From the NCBI GenBank assembly GCA_002269645.1, contig NIVC01002477.1:19875-83874 (forward strand): a stretch of 64,000 nt of DNA, written 5' to 3'. The position numbers and the translations under genes were made by a program. Shown piece by piece: positions 20,661 through 33,900 of the stretch (the first letter of the stretch is position 1; each line of letters starts with the position of its first letter). The DNA comes from Macrostomum lignano (taxonomy: Eukaryota). The notes beneath the pieces were generated by a model. That model saw only the letters and a program-made list of their open reading frames with translations, ran no database searches and had not been told where the DNA came from.

Positions 20661-22186
20661 TAACAAAACCCAAATTACAAAGTATCTTCACCTCGCAATC
20701 ACAATTTCTCCCCTTTTTTAGTTCTGCCTATATTTTTGCCAAATCAATTTGTTACCAATTAAATGAAATTTAAATTGAATATTCAAAAGTTTAAATAAAA
20801 AATTTAAATAAAACGAAAAATTACATTTGGATAGTAGTTACTTCACTAGCTTTTTAAATGTAACAAAAACTCATTTTTAAAAATAAACTTTTAAATAAGC
20901 ATTTAGATTATAATGTTATATACCATATGAGTTACAATTTATAATTTGAAACTAGACTTAAATTATTTTTTAAACCACGAGAATATATTTAAAGGCATGC
21001 TTTTCATGCCCTTTAAATAGGTAAATAAGTAAAAAATATAATAAAAATAATGTACAGGCTATTATTTTTATTTCATATTAGCAACAAATATTCTTTCTAA
21101 CTGAATAAGAGACATAGTAGAGGGAACTTTAAAAGGATTATTTTTATAAAATAGAAAGAGAAGCAGCTGATTGAATCTATACTGTAGAGCAAAGAAATTT
21201 TATATTTAATTAATATTATCTACAATGGTCCTACATCAATATTTAAAGGCTTTGCCTAATAATTTTACATAACTGCCATCCAACTCTGAAATTGCAAGTG
21301 ACATAAGTTTTATAAACTTAAAAAAAATATTATCTTGCACAAATATCTTATAAACAAAAACAGCATTTTAGGAATTAATAAGTACATGCAAAATATTTCG
21401 AAAAAACGAAATTGAATTAAGGTAGCAATCAAAAGGTTTATACATAATTCATTCCGAATTTGATTATTATTACCCAGTCTGAAAAATGGTATGGAAAACA
21501 AACGTAAGCAAACATATTACGAAATGAATGATTTTCTCTGGTGCTCCGTCAAATTTCACGAAATAAGTGTCATTTTCGAAATGATGAGATCATTTGGTTT
21601 AGTTTTAGTAGTAAGACAATCAGCGTTTTTTCTGTTTCTGTTCTGTTCCCCTCAATAATGAGGGGACAGACTTTTCTGTTAATATTAAACACTAAAAGTC
21701 CTAAATATATAGTTTTATTATCGCCACATATCATCAGCACTAGTAATCAGCAATGTCAGCATCACAACGTGAAGAAACAGAGTACGAACAACACAAAATG
21801 TTTAAAAAAAACGTCCATTTGCATGTTGAAAAACTGGAGTAGCGCAAAACTAATAAACAATATCATTTCAAACAGAAACGGATTATTATTGTATGAGCTT
21901 TTGCTATAGTTGAATGAAAGCAGCTCAGTCTAGTAAGCCCTTGGTTCTTTTTAAAGCGATACTATTTGTTAAAGTATGCTAATTTTGCATTTTGTAATAA
22001 AATTATTATCGCTTTATAGCACTACTGGGGAGTCGAATTTTCTTATCACATCCTCATCTGATACTTTTAACAACTCAGCCGTCTGTAGTACTAAATTAAA
22101 AAAATATAGGCGAAAAGGCTTCAGGTTCCTGTTTTATACACTGTCTACACACGCGATCGTACTACGTGCGGATCTATATGCATATA

Positions 22187-22399
22187 TGAGTACGCGCTTA
22201 AATTTATCTCATCAAGATCGAAACGTTGCATTCAAAACGTTTAAACCATCCAAAACTTACCATTTAATTGTACGATATTATACTATAATTGATGCATTGA
22301 GTACGCGCTTAAATTTATCTCATCAAGATCGAAACGTTGCATTCAAAACGTTTAAACCATCCAAAACTTACCATTTAATTGTACGATATTATACTATAA
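22187..22399. repeat. Near-perfect 111-bp-period tandem duplication
   Basis: TGAGTACGCGCTTAAAT...TATACTATAA starts at both 22187 and 22298. Confidence 0.9.
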
Positions 22400-25300
22400 G
22401 ATGCATTAAGTAACACAATTCGATCGCTATCTCATGCAGTTAATCAAAAAAACGTTTTCAAGAAGACTAGCTTATATTACATGCACTGCGCTGTACAGCA
22501 CATGGTGACGCGAATTGCGCAAAATTGCACAAAATTACGTGAGAAAATTGAAAAAAATTGGGCAAGAATTGCGCAATAATTGCACTCAAATTGTTCATTA
22601 AGTGCAATAAAATTACACGAAATCACGCTTAAAATTACAATTTAATTGAGCATAAAATTGCAATTCAAGAGCTTAGAAATTGCCGTTGGAGTGGCACTTC
22701 AGAATATTGATACGCTCGTATTATAGTGCAGGTAAATTTTAAGACTTCCCAAATTTAGCACTCGATCTGCAATTTTCATTATATCTGCTCAGAATTGAAC
22801 CCAGAAAAGTAATTAAGACACAGTAAAAACCACCGGTGTTATTTCGGAATACATTAAATTTTGCAATTTTTCAATAAGATGTTATAATCATTTTTCAATC
22901 CAATACATTTCATTGTAATTTTTTATTTCACTTTACTACATATTAAAAAATAAAACTACAAACAGATACTAAATATAAACCTTTATGGGCAAAAAACGAT
23001 GCATAAGATACAAGAAAATACTTGCATAGATTAGTAAAAATTATTATTATTAAAATATTACTATTTAACTATTTAGAAAAATTATTATTAAACCATTAAT
23101 AAGCACACTGAACATTGAAACTAATTGAAAAATTCTTTTACATTTGAAGTGCAAAAGCGTTCTAAATAAACATAATTTATTAGTTAAACAATATTTTAAC
23201 TTTCAGGGGTGCTGGCTGCATCAGCATGTTTATCTAAGCAGTTTAAAACTTTAAAGATGAAGCCTTTTACACATCTATGATGAAGCTTTTGGATACTTTT
23301 AAGTTCAAAACCTTTCTAGATTCCGAAATGAGACTTTCTAAGAACCCACAGGTAATTATTTTGTAGAATTGAATATTTAAAAAAAGATCCCAGATAAAGT
23401 TAGGATTCACTTTTTGCTTATTTATAATTTTTTATCGCCTTTCCATGATCTTACTTAGACATTACTTTTTAAGGCTACCCAACATTGCCAGCCTGAAGCT
23501 CGTTAGAGCTTCCAGAAGTCAATTACAGTGATTACCTTGCAGTGATTTAGTGATTGCTTATTTAATGTTATTCCTATAGGCTATAACTGATACTTAATGG
23601 TTTCCAGTATTGTCTTTCTTACGCTTGCCAGAAATGTCACGAAACATTTGATTTAACGATGCTCGCACAGATCTCCAGTTGTAGGCTGCAAACCATTCGG
23701 ACAAAACAGCTCGAAGCTCCTCGACAGATTGCTCGTCCATCGCAATGCGCTCCGTTAAGCCATTCAGCTCAATAATTGCAGAAATGCAATACTCCTCACC
23801 GAAGCGTCAAAAAATGTACTTTATGTACATTGGAGTTTATGTACATTGGCCTGCTATGAGAATTCGATTTAGGAAACTATAGAAGCACAAACTCGAAAGG
23901 CAACGGTTGGTCAAATTTGTCTGCAGCATGCCTTCGCTTTTGTGTGTTCATTTCTTGGCATGAAGAGAAACACAATTGAGTATTGAGTCGAAGTTGCACT
24001 GCTTTATAATTATAAAAGAGTATTATATTATAAATAATAATTATAAAATAATTATATAATTAATAATTATAAAATAATTATAATAGATTATAAAAACAAA
24101 GTAGCTTTTCGAGCCACTTATTTTATTTATTTATATAGATTTCATTTTAGAATTTTGGCATACCATTAATTTGTATATGGAATCATAAAATATCATTTTG
24201 AAAACTTGCAACCAAGATTTTCATAAAACAATCTAGATATAGTGATATGATATATAGTCTAACAGACAATATATCAATAGAAGCCAAAATATCAAATACC
24301 TTAAAATAGTAGCTAATTAGTAAACAGAAGCTATACAAATGATTATACGCTCATAGCTAGGCCTAGTCATTAAGTCATTGATTAAGTTAGTAATCTAGTA
24401 TATACCTATTTACTCAACTATCTTTTGCATATATTATGCTGTACCATTTAATAACCTGATAAGCTTCAGTTTGACTTTTAGACAATACATCAATTAATTT
24501 AATTAGAAAAAAGTAAATGTTTTTAAAAATAGCTATAGCTACATTAATTAAAAACCTATTTGTAGGCCTAGCTAATTGCCTATTAAACAATGATGTTCAA
24601 TTTCATGCTTCACTAATTTAATTTAATGTATAGCTCCTATAAATAGTAGAGCTACTAAAATAATTTTGAATTGAAATACATAATGTAATGACCAATAACA
24701 ATGTAATTACAATTAAAGTATAACTTATTAATACAAAATTTTAGTCTACAAAGTGCCACTGCAGTATTAAAATTAATTGTATGCACTTGCCTGATACTGA
24801 GAGAGCTCTAGTCCTAGATATAAGAAAATGATAGAAAAGTATAATTACATGTATGAAACTAAAAGATAAAGTTCAAATACAGAGTTGACAAAACATTAAC
24901 AATGACATAGTACATAGACAATTGGTAGCTTTTAGTATTTTATAAAAGGAGCTATGAAAAATGAATTGGACAAACTCCAATAATGCTAGCTAGACTAGTC
25001 AATACTTATTAGTAATAGTAATAGCTAGCAATAATAGGACTAGAATTAGATAAACTAAAAAACTTTTTTTGAGTTTTACAATCTTAAGTCAAGACTAAAA
25101 GAGTAAATAGCAAGGCTAAGTTCTTGTCATTTACGATAAGTGAAAAGCAAGTGGCATTACTAGCCTTCAATTTCAATTACAATGATAAAAAAAGCTAGTA
25201 AAAACAACAAAGGAGAAGGCAACAACAACAAGCAAGAGCAAGAAAGCAGCAATACGTCGTCGACGACCAATATGTGAGCAATAAGGCGCGCTGCTTTTTA

Positions 25301-26195
25301 AATTTAGCAAAGTTGTTACACTTTTAAACAAAAAATTCCTAAAATGGTAGATACACTTTCTATTGAATATACAAAGCAGATAGATTTCTAAGAAAAATCA
25401 ATTTTATTTGTTTGTAAGAATTTAGAACACTTTAAATTTGTTCAGGGAGTCGTGAAAATGCAGTCATGTAAGTACAACTTATATTGTGCATATTTGCAGC
25501 TTATATAAATCATTTTATACCTCGATTTCGAAGACTTTGTCTATACTATGCTTCAATATATTGCAATTCATTTTCTGTACTCGTCAGAATCTGCATGTAA
25601 TCGTTAAAAAATAATTTCTTTTGGCAATCTACATGTAATAGATGCGATGTAAATGTACCAGTAGCAAGGATATTTTTTATCTACTACTATACAAGTAATA
25701 TTTAAAGCATATTTGAAATTGAAAAAATTGCAATATTCTTTGCAATGCGATTGCAAGAATTTCACTTTCTTGATATGTCTTTAACACTACTTACATAAGC
25801 ATCTAAAGCGCACATGAAAGTTGAGAAAATTGCAAGTTCTATGAGAAAGAAATTGCAATTAAGTCAATTATTGTGAATAAAATTGCAAGTTTCAAATTTT
25901 TTCCTCAATTTCGGGTATCATGTGAGCGCTGTACACTAAATGCACATGCCATATCTCGTATATTCATGCCCGGTTGAGAAACAACAATTGAGTTGTAAGT
26001 ATAGCGGTACATCATGTACTTGTACAACTTACCAACCTGTGTGTATAGCTTGTGCAAGTAAACCTTTACACTACGTGTATATGTTATTCTCTACGGATTA
26101 CCTTTACAATACGTGTATGTTATTCTCTACAGATTGCAATTTTGAAAGCGCGGGAGACAATTTTCAACGCGAGGACGAACGGCTGCCAGATGCCA

Positions 26196-26326
26196 GTCGG
26201 CAGTCAAACTGTTGGCCGTCAAATTGTCGGCAGTCAAATTGTCGGCAGTCAAATTGTCGGCAGTCAAATTGTCGGCAGTCAAATTGTCGGCAGTCAAATT
26301 GTGGCAGTCAAATTGTCGTAGAACCC
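26196..26326. repeat. 15-bp array (GTCGGCAGTCAAATT)n ending in GTAGAACCC; probable subterminal array of a foldback/Mutator-like end
   Basis: About 8 units; architecture resembles 44976-45322; only one end seen. Confidence 0.6.
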
Positions 26327-27300
26327 TAAAAGTCCCTACCAGCACGAACAGCTTATAACCTGATATGACAGCCAGAACTTAATTTCTATTCTAATGTACA
26401 TGTACAGTGGACCAACATCCAGCTCCTGAATTCCGGCCTCTATTTTAGGGGAGTAGCAAAGTCATAAAACTGTCGATCTGTAAGCGTCTGCCTAGCCTAG
26501 TCCATAGCCATACAATTTACTCAGCTAAAGGCTCTCGGAGAATTGGCAGTTCAAGAGAATGGCCCAAGAGAATATAGCCAAGCACAAAACCGAGAAAAGC
26601 GAGCTACGACAGGGGGGAGAGAGGACAGATGAGCAAGCATAAACCCTCTGGAGTCCCCCGTGTTCGTTCCGTCTGTTAGTCTGTCTATTAAGGCTATTGG
26701 CTGGGTAACGGTAGTCGCAGTCCTCACTCGTACCCCTTGCCCCGATGTACACTCGTACACAGTGAGATGGACTGAATGAACTCGATGTTGTGGCCACAGC
26801 AACCTCAACAAAACGGCATACGCTTCGCCTCTACTAATGTCCAATTGTAAATATTTGTATATAGCTTTAGTTTAATTCTTTTTAAGTTAAGGAAGGTCAA
26901 AGATTTGCATTTATATTGTAGAATTGTTTTGAAGCTTGACTTGATCTATATTATTTACCTTAACTTGCCTTGATTATTAACAAATTAAACGCGGCGGAGG
27001 TAAGTAAATTTGGTATTCTTTATTCTTGACGCTGAAATGCCATATGTGTTAGGGGCTCTTGGAAAGCATGAGTTGGAAAGCATGAAGAGTACTCTCTAGG
27101 AGCCCTGCTGGGTTTCAGTTCCTGGCTCCTAAACACTCCTAATATCAATAAATAGTTGGATATTGGAAATAAATATTTCAGGTCTGGATGACCATGCAGT
27201 TGTTTTTTATCAAATCTGGATGCTGCTTTCTCATCCTCGTACAGATGGCCCTAGAAACCAAAGCTCAGATAGTCTTATCCATATCTGTGTACAATAGAAG

Positions 27301-28333
27301 TGATGTGTTCCTTATTACCAGTCCTCAACTGTAATCAAGGAACAATCACTTCTAGCTCTGTAGCTAGGCAACCCAGTAATCAAATGAAGGTATTCAATTA
27401 CCTTGATCCGGATTCCTTGATATCGTTCTTGAGTCGTTCGGTTCTGTAGATCTCTTAGACTTTTAGACGTCTTCAGATGTCGATCGGGTCCGAGTTTCCT
27501 TTTCTCTCCTTTCGAAGTATTTCCGGCCGGTATCTGTAGTGCGGACCAATGGGAAGCTTCCAAATTAACAATGGGTACCCTGCGCCAAACTGCGGTTTAA
27601 TATAAGCCTACTCCTTCTTGCAGTGCCTCTATGCACTCTAGGTATAGCTCCGGAAACCACTGATAGTCTTCTAAGATCTATCAGGGGCAGTCCTTCTGGA
27701 GACTGCAACCAGTAGAGTCTAAACAGACTCAGGAGTCTCAACAGACTCTAACTAAACTCCAACGAGACGTCTCAAAACACAGGCGTAAATGAGTAAGGCT
27801 TACCGCAAGAACTCGACGAGTCTTCTGTAGGAAGTCCTGTAGTGGCTTCCTCTTCGGAGCTCTTCTCCTTCCGGAGGAATTGTTGCTCCGGGTCCGTTCC
27901 GGACCACTTGTATTTATAGGCGTTCAGACCTCTCTCGAGGTCGTACATCACTGTCTTCGCAAATGTCAAAGGGTCACGATTCGGTGGCTGTCAAGCATGA
28001 CAGGGTAGAAAGTTGTTCCATTGGTTCAGTGTAAAAGCGCGTGATTGGTCATCGCATTCGAGTTATTTTTAGTTACTTTTGATTGGGTCACGTGCGTACA
28101 GTTGAATGATGCATCTTTCCTGGGGTTTGCGTTTGACAAGTACAGGTTACACGTGATTGGGTGATTTCTAAATTTAACATGCACAAGGTCTCTCTCTTCC
28201 TATTGGTTAGTCAGAATAAACTTATAATTCAAAGCATACCTTTATTCATGCTCTTCAACTTACTACTGAATAAAATGTATGAGTAGTACATTAACACTTT
28301 TATGTCTTCTTATGGGAGGTAGAACACTCTACA
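27301..28333 (-). mobile_element. Solo LTR (1033 bp), copy 2 of the same family, inverted
   Basis: Reverse complement TGTAGAG...ACATCA; 4-bp TSD GAAG at 27297-27300 and 28334-28337; shared blocks such as AACTTTCTACCCTGTCATGCTTGACAGC and CTATAAATACAAGTGG. Confidence 0.9.
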
Positions 28334-29318
28334 GAAGTACGTCAGACCGAATCCTTTCTGACAAGAGGCTTAATGAAATCGCTATTTCCAATTACTAAAA
28401 CTTCCTGTTGTAATTGATTGAAGATACATGTCGCACATATTTATCAATGTCAATATTGGGGAAAGTATAAACAGTATTTCTTTCGTCATTGATTCAGGTC
28501 TAAAATATTTGCTAAGAATTAAGTACAGCGATTGTTACTTGAATGGTAAAAAACTTGGTGGCTTGCTGCATGCTCTGCACTTTATAGGTTTTTTCCGGTC
28601 AACTGGCAAAATAGCCCCAACTCAAGTGCTCATGTGAATTACTCAGTTCAATTATGGAATTTACAAGTCAAGTGACAACATGCCAAATTAAATTGCAAAT
28701 TGCCAATTGTTTCAGTATGTGTTCTCTTCTGCTCAAGGTATTGTATAACGAACACAATGATATAATTTGCACGTGACTTGGCTATATTGACAGATAAACT
28801 GAATTTTATGCACCTGAGATGGCTATAGCTATCCCGTAACAGCAATGTCGGTGATATCAAAAAGTACATATTTGTCATCGACGTCGTTATATGTAGTAGT
28901 CGGAAAGTAGTCGTTGTTAGCCGCCGTCGTCATATTGCTGTAGGGGTATGTTAAATTTGAGTTAATATCATGGGCTACTTAAATCCTATAATAGCATGCT
29001 GCCCTTCTAAAAATATTGCCCATTATGCACTCACGCCTTCTACTATAGATACACTCCCTCACTCTCAGGACAGACTTGAGGTCCCAGTCAAGGCTCGTTC
29101 AAATCGGCCGTCAAATATGGCGATCACCACACGTACTGAAGTACATCAATTGTCATTCCTTTGTACGTTGGTTGAGTGATCTGACGGCAGTGTGAATTGG
29201 GCAGCTTTACGCATCGAATTCCACAACCATTTCAGCCGGCACCACGCATGAGACCAGTTTGTGAGCTAGAACTGGATCCTATGCTATTATAGATACAGTC
29301 ATCACAACAGCGATCACA

Positions 29319-30098
29319 ATGCGATTCCAGAAAAAGACTCTAATATTCTTCACCATCATGCTACCGACGATCATATTATGCATTATTCTGTTCCTCATTG
29401 CCTACTCCGGGCCGAATCCGTCGCCCTGCTGGCAGACAACGGGCGAGGAAGACATGTCAGACTTGCACCGTCGCCGACTCATTACCTGGGGCGAGTGCTC
29501 GGCCAGCCCGACTCTGCAAGCCGTTGTAGCTGTTGAGTCTGGCCAATCGGACGCGTCCAGCAGGGCGTCGCTTCGTCGATCGTGGCCTTGGCCAGCTGAG
29601 CAACCTGCTGAAGCGCAGTTAATTTTCTTCATTCGCTATTCTGTTAATGCTAGCTGGGAGGATATTGTGCAGGAGTTCTATGCTCACAACGATATGGTGC
29701 TGGACTCTGAGCAGCATCATAAGCAATTGTCGGAGTCTACACTGGACCGGAATGCCACTCAAAGCGGTGAGTCAGAGCTGCTAACCACGGCGACAGCCTG
29801 GATGCAGCGTTACTGTCCATCAGTTCGCTACCTTCTGTACGCCGATATTGCCACCACTCTGCAGCCGAAACTGTTGCCATGGTTACTAGACTATCTGACT
29901 AAAAAGACAGTGCCGCCTAATAGGAAGTCACCTCCATTGCTAGGGCGGTGTCTCCTTATTGCTGACGGTCACAGGACCATTGTGAAAAATATTAACAGGG
30001 ATAACAATTTGAATATAAGAAACAATAATGACAGAAATGTGTCTTGGTCACAGAATGAAAGTTCTGGGTTATTAAATTATGAACAATTATGCCTATAA
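29319..30098 (+). CDS. Divergent GT31 (beta-1,3-galactosyltransferase-like) type II membrane protein lacking DxD
   Basis: N-terminal TM segment; motifs VVAVES..D..SRASLRRSW, E...HND(M)V and W.QRYCPSVRYLLYAD follow the GT31 order; the 3' end is low complexity and may be spliced or truncated. Confidence 0.65.
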   Translation: MRFQKKTLIFFTIMLPTIILCIILFLIAYSGPNPSPCWQTTGEEDMSDLHRRRLITWGECSASPTLQAVVAVESGQSDASSRASLRRSWPWPAEQPAEAQLIFFIRYSVNASWEDIVQEFYAHNDMVLDSEQHHKQLSESTLDRNATQSGESELLTTATAWMQRYCPSVRYLLYADIATTLQPKLLPWLLDYLTKKTVPPNRKSPPLLGRCLLIADGHRTIVKNINRDNNLNIRNNNDRNVSWSQNESSGLLNYEQLCL

Positions 30099-30384
30099 AA
30101 AGCTTCATTATTTCAAAGTTAAAGTTTTTTTAAATTCCGTAATCTTAATTTGTTTTGACTGCGATCAGAAAAATCAAAAGAAATAAAACCTTTTTATTGG
30201 AAATTTTTAAGGGAGTGCCTTTGCAAAAATTTGAAGTTACTGTGTAATTTTCTTCTATTATTTTCAATATAGATTTTGTCGTGGAAATAACACAAAGTAT
30301 TGAAATTTAGTAAATTTCATATTTTTTTCAACAGCCTTTGAAATTTTAAGTATTGAGTACGGATTTATGAAATATTTCTTCGAA

Positions 30385-30905
30385 ATTCCTCCCTGAGAAT
30401 CTACCCCATAGATCTCTCCCTGAGAATCTACCCCATACATTAGATCTCTCCCTAAGAATCTACCCCAAAGATCTCTCCCTGAGAATCTACCCCATAGATC
30501 TCTCCCTAAGAATCTACCCCAAAGATCTCTCCCTAAGAATCTACCCCAAAGATCTCTCCCTGAGAATCTAACCCATAGATCTCTCCCTGAGAATCTAACC
30601 CATAGATCTCTCCCTGAGAATTTACCCCATAGATCTCTCCCTGAGAATCTAACCCATAGATCTCTCCCTGAGAATCTAACCTTTAGATCTCTCCATGAGA
30701 ATCTGCCCCATAGATCTCTCCCTGAGAATCCACCCCATACATTAGATCTCTCCTTGAGAATCTAACCCATAGATCTCTCCCTGAGAATCTAACCTTTAGA
30801 TCTCTCCATGAGAATCTGCCCCATAGATCTCTCCCTGAGAATCCACCCCATACATTAGATCTCTCCTTGAGAATCTATCCCATAAATCTAACCCTGAGAA
30901 TCCAG
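30385..30905. repeat. About 29-bp minisatellite (CCCTGAGAATCTACCCCATAGATCTCT)
   Basis: About 17 units. Confidence 0.95.
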
Positions 30906-30966
30906 CAAGGAAATCGTCTTGAACCCGAACTCTTTCTTTTAGACAATCTACCACAAAATATCTCAC

Positions 30967-33900
30967 CATGAGAATTTCACTAAAATAAAAATGTGTTGTC
31001 AGTAACTTTTCATCTCTGCGATGTGTTTCCAAGAATTCGCCACTTTCGACTCTGGCCACTCCCGGATCCAACAGAGTTAAAGCATCGTGCTGGTTATACC
31101 ATTACAATAAAATTGTCAAAATATGGTAAACCAGATATATCAACAATTTCATATTAAAAGTTTCTTATATATTCTGTTACTAATTTAGCAATGTCCAATA
31201 ATAGTCATTTCATTGCTATATACACATAGATAAGTCTTAATGCAGTGCAGCTAACTAATAGTTGCTGATATGCCTATTATTCAAGCGTTCATATAGTAAT
31301 CAATTTGGTAATAATAAAAATTAATTACGTGTTTATTGATGATAGACATTTCAGCAACAAGAATAACTGAATTCGGACAATCAAAACCGGACGCCGTAGA
31401 CATTGAAGCCAGGCCACAGACTCGGGCTGCTTGGGAATGCACAGACATAGAATGTGGAATATGAACAAACGAAAATGGTAAAAGCCATTCAAAACGGGAA
31501 TTCACCCAATTTAATGTATTTTTTATATCTCAGGAAGGAGGGACACAGAGTTATAAAATCTCAGTCCGATTACCCTTTTGAATGGCCTTTTCCCATATTG
31601 AATGACCAAAGTTATAGTCTATGGCCAAGCCTCCCTCAGTAGACTTTGCTTAACTGCTAAAGTCCATGACTAGGGTGAGATCTGTGGCCTGGCTTGAATG
31701 TCTATGGCGTCCCATTTTAATTGTCCCAATTAGATCGTCAAAAGCGATATTAAACTGGAATATTTGAAACTCGTATCGTCAGTACATAAAGTATGATCTA
31801 AAGAATGTATAGCGCTGGATAGGACTTCGCCATAGACAATTTTCGTTTGAGAAAAATTCGCTCTAGAAAAATCCGATTTTTTATCTTCTATGCTCATTTC
31901 TAAGAAATGAATCCTTCAGCTACTTCAGCTGTCCATGCATCTGCATGTATAGTACATACACTGAGTACGTACGTACAGTTAAATATGACCCACAAATTGG
32001 GGTTACAATTGCAAAGCAAAAAACACAGGAATCTATCATAAATAAACAGCTAGTCAAAGTGAAAGAAGGCAGAATGTAAGTTACAAGTTACATGTACGAC
32101 TGTTTAGGTAGTTTGGGTAACTGTCAGTTGATCCTATTCACCATCTCGAAAGTTGTGAAACTTCGCTGGACCCAAGGCGAGGAGCCGTTAACTTTGATAT
32201 TACTTGCTTCTTTAAAGAATGTGGACGGTGCTAAGCCTTTTTTCTGAACTGCCGGAAGCTTCAGTCGAGTTGTCGAGGATGTCGAATGGTTCGACAAAAC
32301 GCCGCCTCCGCCGCGTAGCTTGTCGAATCTGCCGGAGGAATCGATCTGCAGCCGGCGCACCGTCGCCAACACTTCGCCGCGTCGCCAACGCTTCCAGTCG
32401 GTCTGGCCCTGACAGGCCCGGCGAAGACGCTTATCCGACGGCTGTTGGACGGCGGCGACAGTGGCGGCTGCTGTTGCGGCGTCGGGAGTCAGGACCGACA
32501 GCAGGGTGGCGCGGAAGACGGCCAACACGTGGCAGCCGCGGCTCACCAAACGGAAGGCGCGAGTGGCGTCTGGACCGGCAGCCAGGCCCTGAGCAGAATG
32601 AACAGATTTGTAATTACAGCTTGATTGAGACTTAGCGTTACAGCGAAAGTTTAGCTCCATGCAGAGTTTACAAAAGCCGCCGTGCAAACAAAACTATATG
32701 AAATTTTATAGCCACAAGTGGATTTCAACTCAAGCTTTGAAACCGAAGCGAGGGACTCTGTGTGGAATAAAGTTGCATTTCTCTAGTTGACTGGTCCGGC
32801 TTCTTTCCAGTGCTACATCCCCTTTTGATGACCTCATAGAATTTAAACTTTCCAAAGCATCTTACGATCATGCAACTCACAAAAGCACTGCCGGGCACCA
32901 GACGGCCAACTTTAGCCATGAGGCAGTCGGGCTCGTTTAGCAGTCTGTAGCAGTCGGCTGAACCGGACATCAGAAACCAGACGCAGTCGGTTCGACGCGA
33001 GTCCGACACAATCTGAAAGCCGTCCAGATAGTCCAGCTGAACGCAACTGCTGGCAAAGCTGTTGATCTTAGCCTCAGCCGGTTCGGGCTCGACAGACTGC
33101 GGTTCTGACTCCGTCTCGGTGCGAGGTCCGTCTTCGCTGACAGCTGGCTGTCTAGCTGGTGACGCGAGGCTTGACAATAGCGGCACACGTCTGAAGATTG
33201 TTGGACGTTTTTCTAGGATAAACGATTGTTGATTCTCATTATCTGAAATAAAACTATTGATCAAACGGTACCTATCGTGTAAAAAAGCCTGACGATGGAC
33301 GCAACCCTGAGCCCGATCAAAATATGATAACTTGTAAAGGTAATTTTCAAAAGCTTTTGAGTCTAACATCAATCAGTTCGGTTGTAAAAAAAATTTACGA
33401 CATTTTCCGTGAATACTCATTGGATTTAGTTTCAATCAATACATGGAATATTGCTATAAATACCTTAAAAATTGAGCAGTCTGCTCAACTCTAGCCCTAA
33501 AGTACGCAGCCAGACCAGACTCAGCGAAGCACTCATCGTAGATAATTAGCAACTCCGTCAGCTGCGTCTCCGTAGTGACGGTGGCATTTCGATTTGTCTC
33601 CAAAAGCAACGCTCTCTCGCCGAACGCGTCACCTTTTCGCAGGCGAACGGACTCTGAACCGGCGTCCGTGCTGGCCGCCGTTCTGACCACGACACCGCCC
33701 GAGAAGATCATGTAAAATGAGTAGCCGATGTGGCCCTCGCGAAGTACGTCGCGGCCCTTCTCTAGCCTGGGGAGGCAGAATTGTTTTATTTAAAATCTAT
33801 CACATGTAATTGATGGTAAAATAGTATTATCTTACCACGTAAACAAACTGTCGCTAGCAAATGGGTACTTAATTTAATTACACCGATTGACATTTACCCG

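Noticed and set aside
23205-23351. Plus-strand exon-like segment with good AG/GT boundaries
   Set aside because: All three frames contain stops; at most a non-coding exon, and unsupported.
13660-28333. Single full-length LTR retrotransposon between the two LTRs
   Set aside because: The LTRs are inverted, diverged and each has its own TSD; there is no gag/pol between them.
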